From Chthoniobacteraceae bacterium (lineage in GTDB: Bacteria; Verrucomicrobiota; Verrucomicrobiia; Chthoniobacterales; Chthoniobacteraceae): a stretch of DNA of 64,000 bases. Under the pieces are notes generated by a model. It saw only the letters and a program-made list of their open reading frames with translations, made no database searches and was not told where the DNA came from. The stretch covers positions 6,988-70,987 of the forward strand of contig JBILLT010000003.1 of assembly GCA_044375925.1 (NCBI GenBank), in the 5' to 3' direction. The position numbers were made by a program, and so were the translations under genes. The first letter of the stretch is position 1; every line of letters starts with the position of its first letter. This document shows positions 1-9,870 of this stretch, one piece after another.

Positions 1-973
1 TCTCGTTCCCGAGGCGAACGAGAGGGGCGGTCGCCAATGGCGTGGGCCACTGGCCAACGACCACCGTAGCGAGCGTTTCACCGTATAAGAAAATCACCTG
101 TTTCGACTGTCCGGGATGCCCCTTGAGGTCTGAACTTGGGTGCATTCCATCGTCACCGCCGACAAAAATCACGCCGCCGGAAACTTCAACCCCGGGTCCG
201 GCGCACGCCGCCAATGGCACGGCCAGCGCTGAGCGGGAACCATTCCCGCCAACGCTCCCGCGGACATCACCCAAATAAACGCGCACAGCTTTGCCGTCGC
301 GCTCCTCAAGAGCGCAACCGCCACCCCATACAACCCTCCCGGAAAATCCTCCGCAGAGCGGAAGAATTCGCGCACACCGTTTGCTCTCTAAATCAATCCG
401 CCACCCGACATTCATGGCGGAAAGATCCAAAACCAATGCGTTTGCGATACATTCAACCGCGTCCGGCGACGCCGTTCCGCCCACAATCCGGAATTTACCG
501 GCAGACACACAGAACCCCGAATACGCCCTAGGAGACGGCAGCTTTGACGCGTGCCGCTCTACTTTGCCATCCGGACTCACCAGCAATACATCCTCAAAGT
601 GCCTCTCGCCGTTCACCCCACCCGCGATCAGCATGCCGCTCGCGTCAGGCATTGCACAGAAAGCGGCGTACGCATTGGCTTCGGGAAGATCCCCCACTTT
701 CTTCCATCGCCAGGCATCGTGCACGCGATGAAGTAGAAATATCTCCCGATGGAATTTCTTGATCCCACCCTCCCAAGGCATTCCATCCGGAAAATTCGCA
801 CCGCCGGCCGCCAAAATCGCATCATTCCCATCTGTGTCTCGCACCACCGCGGCCATCATGCCTGCCCGCCCGATACCGTCAGGCAAATCAGGGAGTCGTT
901 CCGCAGAAAAACAACTGCAGCTTATTCGGCAAAAAAGCAGAGCAGTCAGGTATAGGCGCCTCATTCCTGACAT
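1..973 (-). CDS. Kelch-repeat / cyclically permuted mutarotase (NanM/YjhT-like) secreted protein; 3' end runs off the window start (partial)
   Basis: Not in the ORF track because no stop lies in the window. My own minus-strand translation is open from the ATG at 973 to position 1. It starts with a signal-like MSGMRRLYLTALLFCRISCSCFSA, then LPDLPDGIGRAG, AAGGANFPDGMPWEGGIKKF and repeated IAGG/IVGG/FVGG Kelch-like strands, as in NanM-type mutarotases. Confidence 0.55.
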   Translation of the reverse strand, partial: MSGMRRLYLTALLFCRISCSCFSAERLPDLPDGIGRAGMMAAVVRDTDGNDAILAAGGANFPDGMPWEGGIKKFHREIFLLHRVHDAWRWKKVGDLPEANAYAAFCAMPDASGMLIAGGVNGERHFEDVLLVSPDGKVERHASKLPSPRAYSGFCVSAGKFRIVGGTASPDAVECIANALVLDLSAMNVGWRIDLESKRCARILPLCGGFSGRVVWGGGCALEERDGKAVRVYLGDVRGSVGGNGSRSALAVPLAACAGPGVEVSGGVIFVGGDDGMHPSSDLKGHPGQSKQVIFLYGETLATVVVGQWPTPLATAPLVRLGNE

Positions 974-1133
974 ATAGCTCGTTCGTTGGAAAACACCCAG
1001 CACAAGCTCTTTGCTGAACGCCACCAGATTTATAATTCGCATCTCATTCCGCTCCAATTATTTATTTATGATAAATCCGAACCTGCGGACTAAACCGCTT
1101 TACCAACGGCCGGCGAAACGCAAAAAAAGACCC

Positions 1134-2708
1134 ATGCAGAATCCCCTCAATTTCTTGGCAGCCAGTTTCGCTGCTCTTTTTTATCTGGCAGCCAACTCCC
1201 TTGCCGTCGAACGCCCGAATGTTGTGCTGATTCTTTGCGATGACTTGGGCTACGGCGACGTAGCGGCCAACAATCCTGAGAGCAAAATACAGACTCCAAA
1301 CATCGACCGCATCGCTCGCGAGGGTGTCCGGTTCACAGACGCCCACACACCCTCTTCGGTTTGCACTCCGACGCGTTACGGCTTGATCACCGGACGCTAC
1401 AATTGGCGCAGCAAACTTCAATCAGGCGTGCTGGGAGGGTTGTCTCCGCGGCTGATTGAACCTGAACGCGCGACTTTGGCATCCATGCTCAAAAGCCGCG
1501 GCTACTTCACGGCGGTGATCGGCAAATGGCACCTTGGAATGGACTGGGTCAAAAACAGCGACAAGGAGGTAAGTGTACTATCGATTGAAAAACCAGAGCA
1601 GGTAAACAATGTTGACTACTCAAAACCGATTGCGAACGGGCCGACAACTGTTGGGTTCGACTACTACTTTGGGGTCAGCGCCTCACTTGACATGGTTCCT
1701 TACACGTTTATTGAGAACGACCATGTGACAGCATTGCCAACTACATCAAGAAGCTGGCCGATGTATCCGGGACACCCTGGCGAAACAAGAAAAGGTCCTG
1801 CCGCGCCCGAGTTTGAAGTAGAGAATGTGCTGCCGCGCTTTGCCAAAAAAGCCGTTGAAACGATCCATTCACGCGCAAAGGCTGCCACCCCGTTTTTCTT
1901 GTACCTGCCGCTAACGTCACCACACACTCCTATCGCCCCCGCCAAAGAATGGATTGGAAAGAGCGGTTTAGGTTTGTACGGCGATTTCGTCATGCAAACC
2001 GACTCTGTGGTTGGCGAAATTCTGAGAGCTCTTGAAGAAAGCGGCGTCTCCGAAAATACACTTCTGATTTTCACAAGCGACAACGGATGTTCACCCGCAG
2101 CGCGAATCGACGACCTGCGTGAGAAAAAACACCTGGCAAACGGGCCACTGCGCGGCAACAAAGCTGATATTTTTGACGGCGGTCACCGGGTGCCGTTTAT
2201 CGCAAGATGGCCCGCCAAATCTACGCCGACGGTTAGCGAGCAGCTCGTTTGCCTCACAGACGTTTTCGCCACTTTGGCGGAAATTGTTGGGTATGAAATC
2301 CCGGAAAACGCAGCGGAAGACAGCTTCAGCTTTCTTCCGGATCTTTTGAACAAGGGACACTCAAAGCGCGACGCGATTGTGCATCACAGTATCAGCGGTC
2401 GGTTCGCAATCAGGCAGTCTGAATGGAAGCTGTCTCTCTGTCCTGGAAGCGGCGGGTGGTCCGGCCCCTCAGACGCGGACGCTCTAAAACAGAATCTTCC
2501 GCGCGCCCAACTCTACAAAATTGCAGGAGGCGATTTGGGGGAAACAACCAACCTGTTTGCTGAAAACCAATCCACCACGGAACGCCTCACAAAACTCCTT
2601 GAGACCATCGTCGCGAACGGCAGGAGCACACCGGGATCACCGCAGCAAAACGCTGTCCAGGTCATTCTGGAGAAACCCATTCCTCAACCCGCGAAGAAGT
2701 CAAAATGA
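1134..2708 (+). CDS. Arylsulfatase (formylglycine-dependent sulfatase family), secreted
   Basis: LILCDDLGYGD metal site; SSVCTPTRYGLITGRY (CxPxR formylglycine motif); GKWHLG. Signal peptide after the internal Met (MQNPLNFLAASFAALFYLAANSLA). The track ORF starts at a TTG at 1011, which I trimmed to the ATG at 1134. Confidence 0.9.
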   Translation: MQNPLNFLAASFAALFYLAANSLAVERPNVVLILCDDLGYGDVAANNPESKIQTPNIDRIAREGVRFTDAHTPSSVCTPTRYGLITGRYNWRSKLQSGVLGGLSPRLIEPERATLASMLKSRGYFTAVIGKWHLGMDWVKNSDKEVSVLSIEKPEQVNNVDYSKPIANGPTTVGFDYYFGVSASLDMVPYTFIENDHVTALPTTSRSWPMYPGHPGETRKGPAAPEFEVENVLPRFAKKAVETIHSRAKAATPFFLYLPLTSPHTPIAPAKEWIGKSGLGLYGDFVMQTDSVVGEILRALEESGVSENTLLIFTSDNGCSPAARIDDLREKKHLANGPLRGNKADIFDGGHRVPFIARWPAKSTPTVSEQLVCLTDVFATLAEIVGYEIPENAAEDSFSFLPDLLNKGHSKRDAIVHHSISGRFAIRQSEWKLSLCPGSGGWSGPSDADALKQNLPRAQLYKIAGGDLGETTNLFAENQSTTERLTKLLETIVANGRSTPGSPQQNAVQVILEKPIPQPAKKSK

Positions 2709-2718
2709 TCAATCGCAG

Positions 2719-4029
2719 TTAACCGCCCTTCGCAGTTGAATTCGCTGCATGCACCCGCGAGGCGACTTTGAGCCTGAGAGCATTCAGAGAAATGAATCCG
2801 GTTGCGTCATTCTGGTTGTAAGCCTTGGTTGGATCCGCCTCCATTGTCGCAATGTGAGGGTTGTAGAGGCTCACCGGAGACTTCCGTCCCGCCGCGATCA
2901 CGTTGCCTTTGTAAAGTTTTAACCGCACGGTGCCCGTCACGCTTTTCTGACTCTCAGCCACCAGAGACTGCAGTGCCAACCGTTCGGGACTGAACCAGAA
3001 CCCATTGTAGACCAGCGATGCGTACTTGGGGATTAATCCATCACGCAAGTGCATCACCTCGCGATCCATCGTCAGAGACTCCAACTGACGATGTCCGAAA
3101 ATCAGAATCGATCCGCCCGGCGTCTCGTAAACACCCCTGGACTTCATTCCGACAAACCTGTTTTCGACCATGTCAACGCGACCAATCCCATTTCTGCCGC
3201 CAAGCGCGTTGAGTACTTTCATGACCCAATACGCCGACATAGAAACGTGCCCCTCGGGATTTTTCGAGATTCGACCCGTGAATCCCAACTGAGCGAGTAT
3301 TCCCTCTATTTCTTGGTGCCCGACGGACACACAAACTCCGGCTTCAAAACCTAATTCCACGTACTCGGCGCGATCCGGAGCATCCTCAGGTGAGACAGAA
3401 AGCACGTACATGCCTTTCGAATCGGCCGCAGAAGCATCAAACCAGGGATCTTCCAAAATACCCGCTTCGAATGAAATATGGAGGAGATTCCGGTCCATCG
3501 AATATGGCTTTTTGGCGGTTGCCTGAACGGGAATAGCCCGCTGCTCACAATACGCGATCATTTCCGCGCGCCCGGGAAATTGTTCTCGAAAACGGTCCTG
3601 ACGCCATGGAGCGATCACTTCAAGCTCCGGGGCGAGGGCGGCCGCGGTAAGCTCGAAGCGAACCTGATCGTTCCCCTTGCCCGTGGCGCCGTGCGCTACG
3701 GCGTCTGCGCCCTCGGCACGCGCAATCTCGACCATCCGCTTCGCGATCAGGGGGCGGGCAATGGACGTTCCGAGCAAATACTGGCCCTCGTAGATTGCAT
3801 TCGCCTGAACCATGGGGAAGATGAAGTCGCGCGCAAACTCCTCACAAAGGTTGTCGATGTAAATTTTGCTAGCGCCAGTTTTTCTGGCCTTGTCCTCAAG
3901 ACCGTGGAGTTCCTCCTCCTGTCCGACGTCGGCGCAGAATGCGATGATCTCAGCCTGATAAGTCTCCTTGAGCCATGCAAGAAGCACGGAGGTGTCGAGT
4001 CCGCCCGAATACGCAAGTACGATTTTCAT
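2719..4029 (-). CDS. argG: Argininosuccinate synthase
   Basis: [15 protein letters not shown] (N-type ATP pyrophosphatase loop); [15 protein letters not shown]. The track ORF (to 4110) was trimmed to the ATG at 4029, which gives the canonical N-terminus. Confidence 0.95.
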   Translation of the reverse strand: MKIVLAYSGGLDTSVLLAWLKETYQAEIIAFCADVGQEEELHGLEDKARKTGASKIYIDNLCEEFARDFIFPMVQANAIYEGQYLLGTSIARPLIAKRMVEIARAEGADAVAHGATGKGNDQVRFELTAAALAPELEVIAPWRQDRFREQFPGRAEMIAYCEQRAIPVQATAKKPYSMDRNLLHISFEAGILEDPWFDASAADSKGMYVLSVSPEDAPDRAEYVELGFEAGVCVSVGHQEIEGILAQLGFTGRISKNPEGHVSMSAYWVMKVLNALGGRNGIGRVDMVENRFVGMKSRGVYETPGGSILIFGHRQLESLTMDREVMHLRDGLIPKYASLVYNGFWFSPERLALQSLVAESQKSVTGTVRLKLYKGNVIAAGRKSPVSLYNPHIATMEADPTKAYNQNDATGFISLNALRLKVASRVHAANSTAKGG

Positions 4030-4266
4030 GATCGTCGGGAATGCAAACAGAGTCGCAGGTTTTAGCCAACCCGATTTACACACCGGTCGCGTCCTGCGGT
4101 TCCGAGGCACCCGGCCGCACGGTTGAACCGCTCGGGATGAGTCGGATTCTGATGACGCGCCGATGAATCTCTCCTCCGTTGCAAAAGCCGAAAAGAGACT
4201 TCTCCGAACAGGAGAGATTAACAGGGCGCGAATTTACGACATGCCAACGGTCAGCGGAATCCACCA

Positions 4267-5598
4267 CTACCATCGATAACACACCACCCGCGGCGGATCC
4301 CCCCCGCGAGAACGCTCGTTCTGAGAGATATACAACCGGCCGCCTGCGACTGCGGGTCCGGCCCAGGTTTCCGGGGCTTCAAAGAGCGAAATGCTCTTCA
4401 CCACCACACATTTGGAATCGACATCGTTCACGAAAACCAGTCCCCCAGACTCCCCCAGCGCCAACAGTCCTGCAGAACCCAGATTCACAAACGCGCCCCT
4501 TCCGAACTTGCCGCCCAAGTCGTCGCGCCACCTCTCGCTGCCTGTAGCAGCATCCAAACAAACCAACTCCGCGAGCCGCGGATTTTGTCCGTCGAATCCA
4601 AAAATGAGCCCGTCCCGGTAAACAGGCGTGCCGAACTGGCTACCCAACTTCGTTGTCCTCCAAACTTCTGATAACGCGCCGTCGTCCTTTACCTCCACAA
4701 GCAGAGTCCCCGCCCCATAACCCTCACTGACCAAAACCCGCCGCTCTCCAACCAAGACTGGGCTGGCAGCATTGACTGATTCGGCGATCCGTGCGCGATG
4801 CGACACCGCACCCAGAACCGCTCCACTAAAAGGATCGATACACAACACTCCACCCGTGGGGGGCCGTGTCTCGCCCCCGACGAACGCCACGATAAACTGA
4901 CGCACCCCATCTTTAGTGCGAACAGAAATGGGCAGCACAGATGCATATCCCGCACCCCATTCATGCTTTGCCACCCACAAATCAGCACCCGTTTCAGCGC
5001 TAAAAGCGCCTACACACTCGCCCGATTCGCCACCGAGCGGGATGATCACCTTTCCATTCTGAACAAGCGGGGAGGAACCGTGTCCAAAAAAGTTATCCTT
5101 CATTCGATAATCCCGCTTCAAGTCGCGAGTCCATTGCATCGCACCCGTCAAAAGGTCAACGCAGTGCAACTGACCGGTAACACCGAATAAAAAAACTCTT
5201 CCACCCTCGACCACTGGACTGGAACGCACTCCATCACTGGCGCCGAACCGATCACGGTAAGGTGCATTGTACGCGTAGTTCCATTTTCCTTTTCCGGTTG
5301 CCGACTCCAAGCAATCCAGCACCTCATCGGATCCAACACGGTGGAAAACAAGCACGGAGTCGCCTGTGACAATCGGCGTCGACCAGCCTTTTCCCTTTTT
5401 GAAAGTCCACTCCTCTGTGAGGGATGAAGTTGCTATCAACCCTTCGGCCGCATGATCCGAAGGCTTCAAGTCGTTTGCCGGGCCCAAAAAACGGGACCAT
5501 TCAGAAGCATTAGCGGTTGAAGCAAACGCAACAGCGAACGCGCACAGACTGAACAACGCTCGAATCTCTGTTTTTTTAAGTTTCCGTTGAGTTTTCAT
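4267..5598 (-). CDS. Secreted BamB/PQQ-like beta-propeller repeat protein
   Basis: Signal peptide MKTQRKLKKTEIRALFSLCAFAVAFASTANA. Repeated motifs of the type G.V(F/Y).....G.L.C.D..TG...W run through the protein. Confidence 0.8.
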   Translation of the reverse strand: MKTQRKLKKTEIRALFSLCAFAVAFASTANASEWSRFLGPANDLKPSDHAAEGLIATSSLTEEWTFKKGKGWSTPIVTGDSVLVFHRVGSDEVLDCLESATGKGKWNYAYNAPYRDRFGASDGVRSSPVVEGGRVFLFGVTGQLHCVDLLTGAMQWTRDLKRDYRMKDNFFGHGSSPLVQNGKVIIPLGGESGECVGAFSAETGADLWVAKHEWGAGYASVLPISVRTKDGVRQFIVAFVGGETRPPTGGVLCIDPFSGAVLGAVSHRARIAESVNAASPVLVGERRVLVSEGYGAGTLLVEVKDDGALSEVWRTTKLGSQFGTPVYRDGLIFGFDGQNPRLAELVCLDAATGSERWRDDLGGKFGRGAFVNLGSAGLLALGESGGLVFVNDVDSKCVVVKSISLFEAPETWAGPAVAGGRLYISQNERSRGGDPPRVVCYRW

Positions 5599-5655
5599 AC
5601 TGAGCCCGCAGAAATCAAAAGGGAATGGATGAGAAACACCTCCTTAAAGCGTTTT

Positions 5656-6213
5656 TCACGTTGCATCAGTTGTCTGTCTCAAAGAAGGCAGGACCTCGAC
5701 AATTCTTGCTAAAATCATGCCGTCTGAGCGTTTCAAAATGTTGCAGCGGCCATAGAGCTCGCACCCATCCGAGCCGTCGAAAATCTCTTGCATCCACTCA
5801 CTCGGATACAACCCAAAGAAACACTGCGGCTCGCTGAAATACCCGAGCCCGTCGCGATTCAGTAGCCCCCCAAGAGGAACTTTTCCGTCCTCAATCTCGT
5901 TCTGGAGAATCCTTGAAAACCCACCCAGTACAATCTCGATCACCCCATACTCAACCGCCCTTGAATCGGTTGCTTTTCGCAAAATCACTTCCCGGAAGTA
6001 ACCCCTCTCATCAGCAATCGAGCGATTGACAACGTCGAGGCAAACTTTGTCAGCGTGCAATGCCTCGAGCCGCGATGTCATATCTCCGTTGTGAACCAGC
6101 AACGCCGCCGCAGCCTCGGGCAACTCCGCAGCGGCGAGCACTCTGATCTCGCCGACGCCGAAGGGGCGGAACATTCGCAGGAGACTCAGAAACTGATCCT
6201 GAATCATATTCAT
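5656..6213 (-). CDS. Chorismate-lyase-fold (UbiC/DUF98-like) protein
   Basis: 185 aa. LLVHNGDMTSRLEAL...V....R....ER.YFREV.L resembles the DUF98/chorismate pyruvate-lyase core. Its ATG overlaps the stop of the upstream radical SAM gene (ATGA at 6210-6213). Confidence 0.45.
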   Translation of the reverse strand: MNMIQDQFLSLLRMFRPFGVGEIRVLAAAELPEAAAALLVHNGDMTSRLEALHADKVCLDVVNRSIADERGYFREVILRKATDSRAVEYGVIEIVLGGFSRILQNEIEDGKVPLGGLLNRDGLGYFSEPQCFFGLYPSEWMQEIFDGSDGCELYGRCNILKRSDGMILARIVEVLPSLRQTTDAT

Positions 6214-7559
6214 GTGTAACGCGAGTTCTGATGTTGCGGGAGGAAAAAAGGATTCAGCAGAGTATCCACCTTGAGAAGAGCTGCGCGCGTGAGAATAAAG
6301 CAGTCGGCATTCCAGCCGCCCAGGTTCCGCGCTACGAGGTCAGCCCACTGCCCCGCAAACCGGACTCGAATATCCTCGCCGAATTTCATCAAGAAATAAG
6401 GGGCATTCACGCTCCCAAGTTTCATTTGCAGGATCAGCTCTCGGATCATGCGCTCCTCCGGAATAGTTGCCATCGCTCTAGACGCGGGCAGAGCGCCGGC
6501 TTCCACGGTCTCAATATACTGTCCGATTTCAGCGACATTTTGAAAATGCACGCCACCAATGTGAGAAAATGAGGCCACTCCGGCGCCGATCAGGTCAGCT
6601 CCCTTCCAGAGCGAATCGCGGTAAACAAACTTGGTCTTTGCAGAATCAAGCACCGCCGTATACCCGCTGGTCACCGTGTATCCCGCGCGCTCCAACTCGG
6701 TGAATGCGAAATCCACCCACCCCCTCTTGGTGGCCCAGTCAGCTACTGGAGCCACCAATTTACCATCCACCTTCATCTGTTTGTAAATGCCAGTATTGTA
6801 TGGCACTTCCATTTGATAAATCGTCACGCAGTCTGGCGCCATCGCCACAAGTTTCCTGATGTTTTCCCTCCAGTTCTCATCCGTCTCCTCCACCATGCCG
6901 GCAATGAGATCCACGTTGATCTGAGGAAACCCCGCCGACCGGGCGGAAGCGTAGGCACGCTGAATCTCATCCGCCCTGTGAGCGCGGCCGTTTATTTCGA
7001 GAATTCGCGAGTCAAAGTTCTCGACACCGAGACTTAGGCGCGTGACCCCCAGTTCACGGATCGCATTGAGCTTGGCCTCATTCAATGTGCCCGGCTCAGC
7101 TTCAAAAGTGACCTCTTGCGCCTCAGTCCATGGCAGCAAAGCCTTCATTCGATCGGTCAAAGATCGCAGCTGTGAGACGCTGAGATAACTCGGAGTCCCG
7201 CCGCCGAAATAGATGAATTGCGGCAGGCGCTTGTTCACAAAAGGGGCGCTCGCGTACCTTTCCAACTCAGCAATTCCTGCATCAAGGTAGCGTTGGATCT
7301 CGCCCGCGTTCTTGTCTGTGTAAACGCGGAAATAGCAAAAATGGCAGCGCTTCCGGCAGAAGGGTATATGGAAATACACCCCGAGAGGCGTCTCCGAGGA
7401 AGCAGGAACGGCGAGTAATTCCGGAAGGTGCTTGGCAGTAGCTGGGTCCCAAAAATGAAACGGCGGGTAGTTGGAAACGAAATAGTTTCCCGCCCGTGTT
7501 TCCTCGTTTGTTTCCACCGGGCCGACAGAATGCGAAGGCAAAGATTGAGAGCTCATCAT
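6210..7559 (-). CDS. HemN-like radical SAM enzyme (oxygen-independent coproporphyrinogen III oxidase family)
   Basis: YFHIPFCRKRCHFCYF (CxxxCxxC cluster site), YFGGGTPS, and a HemN-type C-terminal region. Trimmed to the ATG at 7559 (MMSSQS...), which overlaps the stop of the upstream propeller gene (ATGA). Confidence 0.85.
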   Translation of the reverse strand: MMSSQSLPSHSVGPVETNEETRAGNYFVSNYPPFHFWDPATAKHLPELLAVPASSETPLGVYFHIPFCRKRCHFCYFRVYTDKNAGEIQRYLDAGIAELERYASAPFVNKRLPQFIYFGGGTPSYLSVSQLRSLTDRMKALLPWTEAQEVTFEAEPGTLNEAKLNAIRELGVTRLSLGVENFDSRILEINGRAHRADEIQRAYASARSAGFPQINVDLIAGMVEETDENWRENIRKLVAMAPDCVTIYQMEVPYNTGIYKQMKVDGKLVAPVADWATKRGWVDFAFTELERAGYTVTSGYTAVLDSAKTKFVYRDSLWKGADLIGAGVASFSHIGGVHFQNVAEIGQYIETVEAGALPASRAMATIPEERMIRELILQMKLGSVNAPYFLMKFGEDIRVRFAGQWADLVARNLGGWNADCFILTRAALLKVDTLLNPFFLPQHQNSRYT

Positions 7560-8719
7560 TTCTTCGGAGTTTTCAGAGCGTGCAACGCTCCGTCTTCTGC
7601 ACCGATAATAATCCAGCCATCGGAGACGGCAGCCGATGCGACAATCGGAGCACCGATATCGTATACCCATCTCTCCGCGCCATCAGTCAGAGCGATCCCG
7701 TACAATCTGCCGTCCTGCGAACCCACAACGACAGTATCGCCGCATATCACGGGAGATCCGTCGACCTTCCCCCGTGTGGAGAACTGCCAGACTCCACGGC
7801 CATCAGACAACCCGATGCAATGCACCCGCTTGTCGTTACCCCCGATGACCAAACGGTCAGCGTGAATCGCGGCGCTTGAAAGGTACGGAAAAGCGCGATC
7901 CCGATAAGTCCAGATGACTTTCGCGGCTGCGACATCCATCCCCAACACCACATTGCCGTAATGCCCCACATATGCTGTCCCATTCTCCGCGACTGCCACC
8001 GAAGAGGCCACGTACGCATCCGCTTCAATCTGACCGCGCTGTTTGCCGTCTTTCAGCGAGATAATTCGGAGAAGCGCGTCACAACCTCCGAAAATCACTT
8101 CACTATTTGGAAGAAGGGCAGGTGTTCCGTTGATGTAGTTATCCGTGAGACAGGTCCAAATTGAAGCACCCGAGAGCGCGTCGACACAGTGGAGCGTCGC
8201 ATCATAACTCCCAAAAAGCAGCCAATTGCCGGTCCCGTCGGGTGCGCCCGCAAAATTCGCCCCTCCCATTATCTTGTCTCCTGTCTCGTAAACCCAGCGA
8301 ACGTCGCCATTTTCGGCATCGAACGCGTAAAGCTTTCCATCAACCGACCCGACATACACGAGCGCTCCCAACGCCAGTGGGGTCGCCTCAATTGGTCCTT
8401 GCGTTTTGGCAGTCCAAACTTCTTTTCCATCATTCAAGCTGAGTGCATGAAAAACCCCCGCGTCATCACCCACGTAAACCTTGTCCCGCGCGATCACTGC
8501 ACCGCCCTTGATTGGTTTGCCCGCGCTAAACGTCCACTCGGACCGAGGTGCAGCGCTTGCCTCCATAGAGGAGTAGCCGTCGAGCCTCGGCCCGCCGCGA
8601 TGCATCATCCAGTCCGCTCGGATACCCGAGATCGCGCAGCAAAAAAACATGCCCATCAGCAGCGAATTTTTCGCAGCACGGCCGAATCTGCACCCTGAGC
8701 TGAGCACATGCATTTGCAT
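7556..8719 (-). CDS. Secreted BamB/PQQ-like beta-propeller repeat protein
   Basis: Repeats such as VYVGDDAGVFHALSLNDGKEVW, VYVGSVDGKLYAFDAENGDVRW and VVVGSQDGRLYGIALTDGAERW. Hydrophobic N-terminus. The ATG at 8719 overlaps the ADH stop (TGATG). Confidence 0.8.
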   Translation of the reverse strand: MQMHVLSSGCRFGRAAKNSLLMGMFFCCAISGIRADWMMHRGGPRLDGYSSMEASAAPRSEWTFSAGKPIKGGAVIARDKVYVGDDAGVFHALSLNDGKEVWTAKTQGPIEATPLALGALVYVGSVDGKLYAFDAENGDVRWVYETGDKIMGGANFAGAPDGTGNWLLFGSYDATLHCVDALSGASIWTCLTDNYINGTPALLPNSEVIFGGCDALLRIISLKDGKQRGQIEADAYVASSVAVAENGTAYVGHYGNVVLGMDVAAAKVIWTYRDRAFPYLSSAAIHADRLVIGGNDKRVHCIGLSDGRGVWQFSTRGKVDGSPVICGDTVVVGSQDGRLYGIALTDGAERWVYDIGAPIVASAAVSDGWIIIGAEDGALHALKTPKK

Positions 8720-9870
8720 CACAACAATTCCCGATAGATCGCCTCGAAATCGCTCGTTTCGTAGCGAACCGGATTGAATGAGGCGGTCCACTGGACTGAG
8801 GCCTCTTGGGCCATTTTCCCGATCGACTCTTCCGTCACGCCCAGTTTACCCAGCGGCGCGTCCAGTCCAGCCAGACCGAGAATCTCTTCAATCCTCCAGA
8901 TCAACGGCTCGAATGAAGAGTAGCCGACCAATCCGGCTAGAGCGTCATACTCGTTGACGGCGAACTCCTCCCGCACGTTGCGCCGCATCACGCTTGTGAT
9001 AAGCCGCCCTACGGCCTGACCGTGGATCACACCGAAATGGGCGGTCAGCGGGTTCGCGGCTGAATGAGCGCAGCCGAGCATTGAATTTTCAATAGCCATG
9101 CCCGCGTAGGCAGCGCCCAGAAGCATGGCCCCGCGCGCCTCAATGTCATCAGGCTTTGCGAGCACTGCGGGAAACGCATTGATGATCAAGCAAAACGCCT
9201 CGCGTGAAAAAACACGCGAAAGTTCGGTGCGCTTTTTAGTGACCGCCGTTTCCAAAGCGTGCACCAAGGCGTCGACGCCGGTGCAGGCGGTCACTCTCGG
9301 TGGCTGCGACACGGTCAGTTCCGGATCCAAGATGGCCACACGCGCCGCGGCCTTTGGGTCTCCGCACGCCATTTTCAAATGACTGGCTGGATCCGCGATC
9401 AAAGCGAAGGACTGACACTCGCTTCCAGTTCCCGCGGTCGTGGGGATCGCGACGAGTGGCAGCATTGGTTTGCTCGCCTTGCCGACCCCGTGATAGTCAC
9501 GCATCTCGCCGCCATTGGTCAGAATAAAATTCGCACCCTTGGCTGTATCCATGGAACTGCCTCCGCCAAGCCCGACAAACATGTCCACGGCGAAACCGCG
9601 CGCAACATCGACGCAGCGGGATACATCCTCGGTATCGGGATTCTCCCGGACGGCATCGAAAACGGCTACGTGAATGCCGTCCGTTTCAAGCAGCTTCCGG
9701 GCACGTTCGAGGTGCCCGGCAGCGACAATTCCCTTGTCCGTGACGATGAGGACGCGTTTCCCCCCGACATCACGCACAATCTCCCCAAGCCGACTCAACG
9801 CGCCGCCACCAAAAACGACTCGCGTACGAGGTTGGAAATCGAACGGAAGCATCATCGCCAAGCGAGTCAT
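8719..9870 (-). CDS. Iron-containing (group III) alcohol dehydrogenase
   Basis: GLGGGSSMDTAKG, IPTTAGTGSE and HALETAV...H..AN.L..HFGV.HG metal-binding histidines. The ATG at 9870 overlaps the stop of the upstream gene (TGATG). Confidence 0.9.
   Translation of the reverse strand: MTRLAMMLPFDFQPRTRVVFGGGALSRLGEIVRDVGGKRVLIVTDKGIVAAGHLERARKLLETDGIHVAVFDAVRENPDTEDVSRCVDVARGFAVDMFVGLGGGSSMDTAKGANFILTNGGEMRDYHGVGKASKPMLPLVAIPTTAGTGSECQSFALIADPASHLKMACGDPKAAARVAILDPELTVSQPPRVTACTGVDALVHALETAVTKKRTELSRVFSREAFCLIINAFPAVLAKPDDIEARGAMLLGAAYAGMAIENSMLGCAHSAANPLTAHFGVIHGQAVGRLITSVMRRNVREEFAVNEYDALAGLVGYSSFEPLIWRIEEILGLAGLDAPLGKLGVTEESIGKMAQEASVQWTASFNPVRYETSDFEAIYRELL

Noticed and set aside
1011-1133. 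N-terminal 41 aa of the sulfatase track ORF (TTG start)
   Set aside because: The segment is basic and non-hydrophobic, and it precedes an ATG that gives a normal signal peptide. It also narrows the divergent promoter region unreasonably.
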